Part shown: one piece after another, positions 62,855 through 64,000 of the stretch
Position numbering within the stretch: position 1 is the first letter of the stretch
How the letters are laid out: each line of letters opens with the position of its first letter
From: Malacoraja senta
Taxonomy: Eukaryota
Direction: 5' to 3'
Length of the DNA stretch: 64,000 nucleotides
Assembly (NCBI GenBank): GCA_038087875.1
Contig: JAXLNO010005895.1
Location: 1-64,000 of the forward strand
Translations under genes and position numbers: made by a program
The notes under the pieces: model-generated
Databases searched by the model: none
Seen by the model: the letters and a program-made list of their open reading frames with translations, nothing else
What the model was told of the DNA's origin: nothing

Positions 62855-63093
62855 GGACATTTGGAAAACGAGTGTGGAGAACACACCAGGATCCCTACTC
62901 TGATTATGTTCAGCCAGCTGCATCTCGGTCTTTAACTCTTCATACTCCTCAAGAAACATTGGACAGTGATTGTGATGTTGACGCAGAATCGGAGAGTCTC
63001 TCTGCTTCCATCACAGGGAAACACGATAGTACTTATGAACATGTTGATAAATGTAGGACTCCAACTTTTCAGCCTTGCAGAGTTAAAACGTAG
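62855..63093 (+). CDS. LRIG3: LRIG3 exon 19 (last coding exon)
   Basis: ggcag|GG; GTFGKRVWRTHQDPYS...CRTPTFQPCRVKT* (cf. GTFGK...YRTPNFQ); TAG at 63091-63093. Confidence 0.92.
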
Positions 63094-63546
63094 ATACCAT
63101 CAACATGAACTACACTTCTCAAATTTATTGTACCAAAGAAAGACTTAAACTACCTCAGCAAAACTGTTGCTTCAGTTTTCCAGAAAAGTGATTTCTTCTA
63201 AGAATTATTTGTATCTCAAAGATTGTAGATCGCTATAAACTGTTGATTAATGGACCAAGAGGAAGCATTGTTATTGTATGCTTTTATTTTGAGAGCACTA
63301 TCTTCTGAAGTATGATGAATTTGCTATATTTTTTATTTTATACTTTTTTACTGAATATTTTTAATTTTTCACCTGTAAATTATGTAAATAACAAGTATTT
63401 TACCTATGTATAATAGGGAATACTTAATGAATTGTTTGTCATTATATTAGAATTTTATCATTGATGGTACAGCATGTTAGTTACATGGTGCTAAATCTGA
63501 CTATTGGTCAGCATATTAGTGCCTTATTTTGCACATTTACATTGAC

Positions 63547-63552
63547 AATAAA
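63547..63552 (+). terminator. Candidate LRIG3 polyadenylation signal
   Basis: AATAAA ~450 nt after the stop at the end of an AT-rich 3'UTR, followed by a GT/T-rich tract (ttgtttttgtc ~63590). Confidence 0.6.
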
Positions 63553-64000
63553 ATAGCATTTTGCTTCAAGCTAATTTCAAAAGTGCACCTTGTTTTTGTC
63601 TTATGACTTGAATTTATGCACTATGTTATCATTTGTAATTAGCATCTGACTCTTAACCCATCATGGCTGCAATGAAAGATGTCTGAGGTACCTTAATAAC
63701 AAAAGAACCGCATTCTTGCTGCCTACATGGATTATATAGGGAGTAGATGGTCAATGTGGACTCGATGGGCTTGAAGAGTCTGTTTTCATGCTGTATTACT
63801 GTATGTTGATAATGATTTAAAGTTTGGTCTGCAAGCAATGTCTGCATACGACATCCAGGTGATTGAAGTTGGAGAACCTTGGTTCAGGAGTAGAAGTGAT
63901 GTGGATTCAATAGTTTCCCATTTCTCCTCTAGGTTATTTCCATACAAGAAATAAACATTTTTGAGGTATTGGGCTGTATTTTTGCAGTGAGAAAAGATAA

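Larger units (their letters stand above)
8455..63093 (+). other. LRIG3: LRIG3 gene span (start to stop codon; 19 coding exons, 3312 nt, 1103 aa)
   Basis: Exons join in frame across GT-AG introns. The translation closely matches recalled vertebrate LRIG3 (e.g. [70 protein letters not shown]), which separates it from LRIG1/2. Confidence 0.96.

Overview
Vertebrate genomic DNA, most likely a cartilaginous fish (skate/ray). This taxon is inferred from HE1/V-SINE-like and Deu-SINE-like repeats plus CR1, Rex1 and Penelope repeats. The window holds one complete protein-coding gene on the + strand, LRIG3: 19 coding exons from 8455 to 63093, all with GT-AG introns, joining into a 3312-nt frame (1103 aa; signal peptide, LRRs, LRRCT, 3 Ig domains, TM, cytoplasmic tail). 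It has a CpG-island promoter with two divergent ZNF143-type motifs. Introns and flanks are dense with transposons. Highlights: (1) about 20 copies of a Penelope-derived short repeat carrying a minimal hammerhead-ribozyme motif, including young TSD-flanked ~100-130 bp insertions and repeated head-to-head palindromic pairs; (2) a modular set of non-autonomous Helitrons (a tandem dimer with ten YY1-type motifs, one carrying a minisatellite, one 5' end fused to a Penelope GIY-YIG ORF); (3) a 25-bp TIR element with an 8-bp TSD in a promoter tandem repeat; (4) an IR/DR Tc1 element 14 nt into intron 17; (5) an unexplained, highly structured ~185-bp insertion in intron 17. All calls were made by eye with no database search; degraded-repeat boundaries are approximate.
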